This document shows positions 63,117 to 64,000 of a stretch of DNA of 64,000 nt, piece by piece. The stretch is taken from NCBI GenBank assembly GCA_010093605.1, contig MU004182.1:186001-250000 (forward strand), read 5' to 3'. Source of the DNA: Lophium mytilinum. Lineage: Eukaryota. The translations under genes and the position numbers were made by a program. The notes under the pieces were generated by a model that saw nothing but the letters and a program-made list of their open reading frames with translations, was not told the DNA's origin and searched no databases. Numbering within the stretch: the first letter of the stretch is position 1; each line of letters starts with the position of its first letter.

Positions 63117-63949
63117 CTACATTCTTGGTTTCAATTTCGTGCTGTCAATTCGCTTGCCCTCGTCAGCCTGCTCAGGAACCGTGAGATCTGGAAAATTCGC
63201 CGGCATAATACGTCGAGGTGTGCTGCCGGGGACGACATTGTACTTGGAAAAGTCCGTGATGCCAGTTTTGCGAAGAAAATCTTCGTCCAACTCCAGGCAG
63301 CCGTTGACCACGGACGGAGGCGCCCGCAGAATGGCCAGGATTGCATCCGAGTATATGGTCGGTTTCCTTAAGTCCTTCAGGTTCTCGTGCTCCACATTCT
63401 CCGTGGCGGCGGACTGAATAGCGACTGCGGGCCAGATGCTGGTGATTGCCATATCAGTCTTGCCCTCCCTCTCGAAATCTACTGCCAGCCCTTTCGTAAG
63501 GATACTCATACCAACCTTCCCCATCGCGTAAGCCGTTTTTCCGCGAAAGAACCTCGAATAAATTGGAGGGCTGACGACAATTATCCGGCCCTTCCAGCCA
63601 TTGTTCTTGAAATGCGGCAACGCAGCCTGAAGAGTCCCATATAAGCCCTCGATGTTCACCCGTTGCATCAGCTGGAACCGCTTCATGGGTGTGTTTTCTA
63701 CGCTCGCCCACCAAATCGCACCGGAATTATAGATGAGAACGTCCAGACGGCCATAGATCTCAATCGTCCGCGCGACCAATCTTTCCACGCTGGCAAAGTC
63801 GCGCGCGTCTACCGCGACAGCTGTGGCATCGCCTCCAGCTTCGCGGATCTCGCGCTCTACCGTACTGATTGTAGAATGTGGGGAGTTCGGGTCCGGTGGA
63901 AACGGAGTCGTTTTCGAGGCATCAGATGTACTTTTCGCAGCGACAACCA
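63117..63949 (-). CDS. Short-chain dehydrogenase/reductase, HSDL2-like; last exon only, 5' end outside the window
   Basis: VVAAKS, GRLDVLIYNSGAI, catalytic YAMGK (YxxxK). Branch site CTGAC and acceptor TGTGTAG end at 63950, so the ORF-track N-terminus is intronic. Confidence 0.9.
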
Positions 63950-64000
63950 CTACACATCGAGACATTGTCAGCCATTTATCTACATGCAACTTCACGATAT

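Overview
Eukaryotic DNA from a filamentous ascomycete (Pezizomycotina). The evidence is short GT-AG introns, mostly 45-140 nt, with CTRAC/CTAAY branch sites, plus fungal-type core genes. Gene models were built by hand from splice signals. Left part (1-9 kb): 3' end of an MFS sugar transporter, a small secreted Alt a 1-like protein, an ankyrin+Kelch protein, a cytochrome P450 and an Ecm33-like type I membrane protein. Core block (9.5-32 kb): ATS1/KTI13, RPS16, BUD7/ChAPs, HIR3 and TRM1, interspersed with a Mutator-transposase-derived DNA-binding gene, a 7-exon secreted-protein gene broken by one nonsense codon, and a conserved hypothetical gene. Right part: a small 4-TM gene surrounded by tandem duplications, an array of three conserved RNA-hairpin-like repeats, and a 27.7-kb minus-strand gene. 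That gene encodes a ~9,170-aa secreted Ser/Thr-rich mucin with ~36 PAN/Apple-like modules and two C-terminal chitin-binding (CBM18) domains. The window ends with a partial HSDL2-like SDR. Best novelty candidates: the giant PAN/CBM18 mucin, the triple-hairpin array at its 3' end, a non-AUG mitochondrial-presequence extension of TRM1, the domesticated MULE gene, and a GC-AG, hairpin-containing first intron of RPS16. Family assignments come from motif recognition only; no searches were run.
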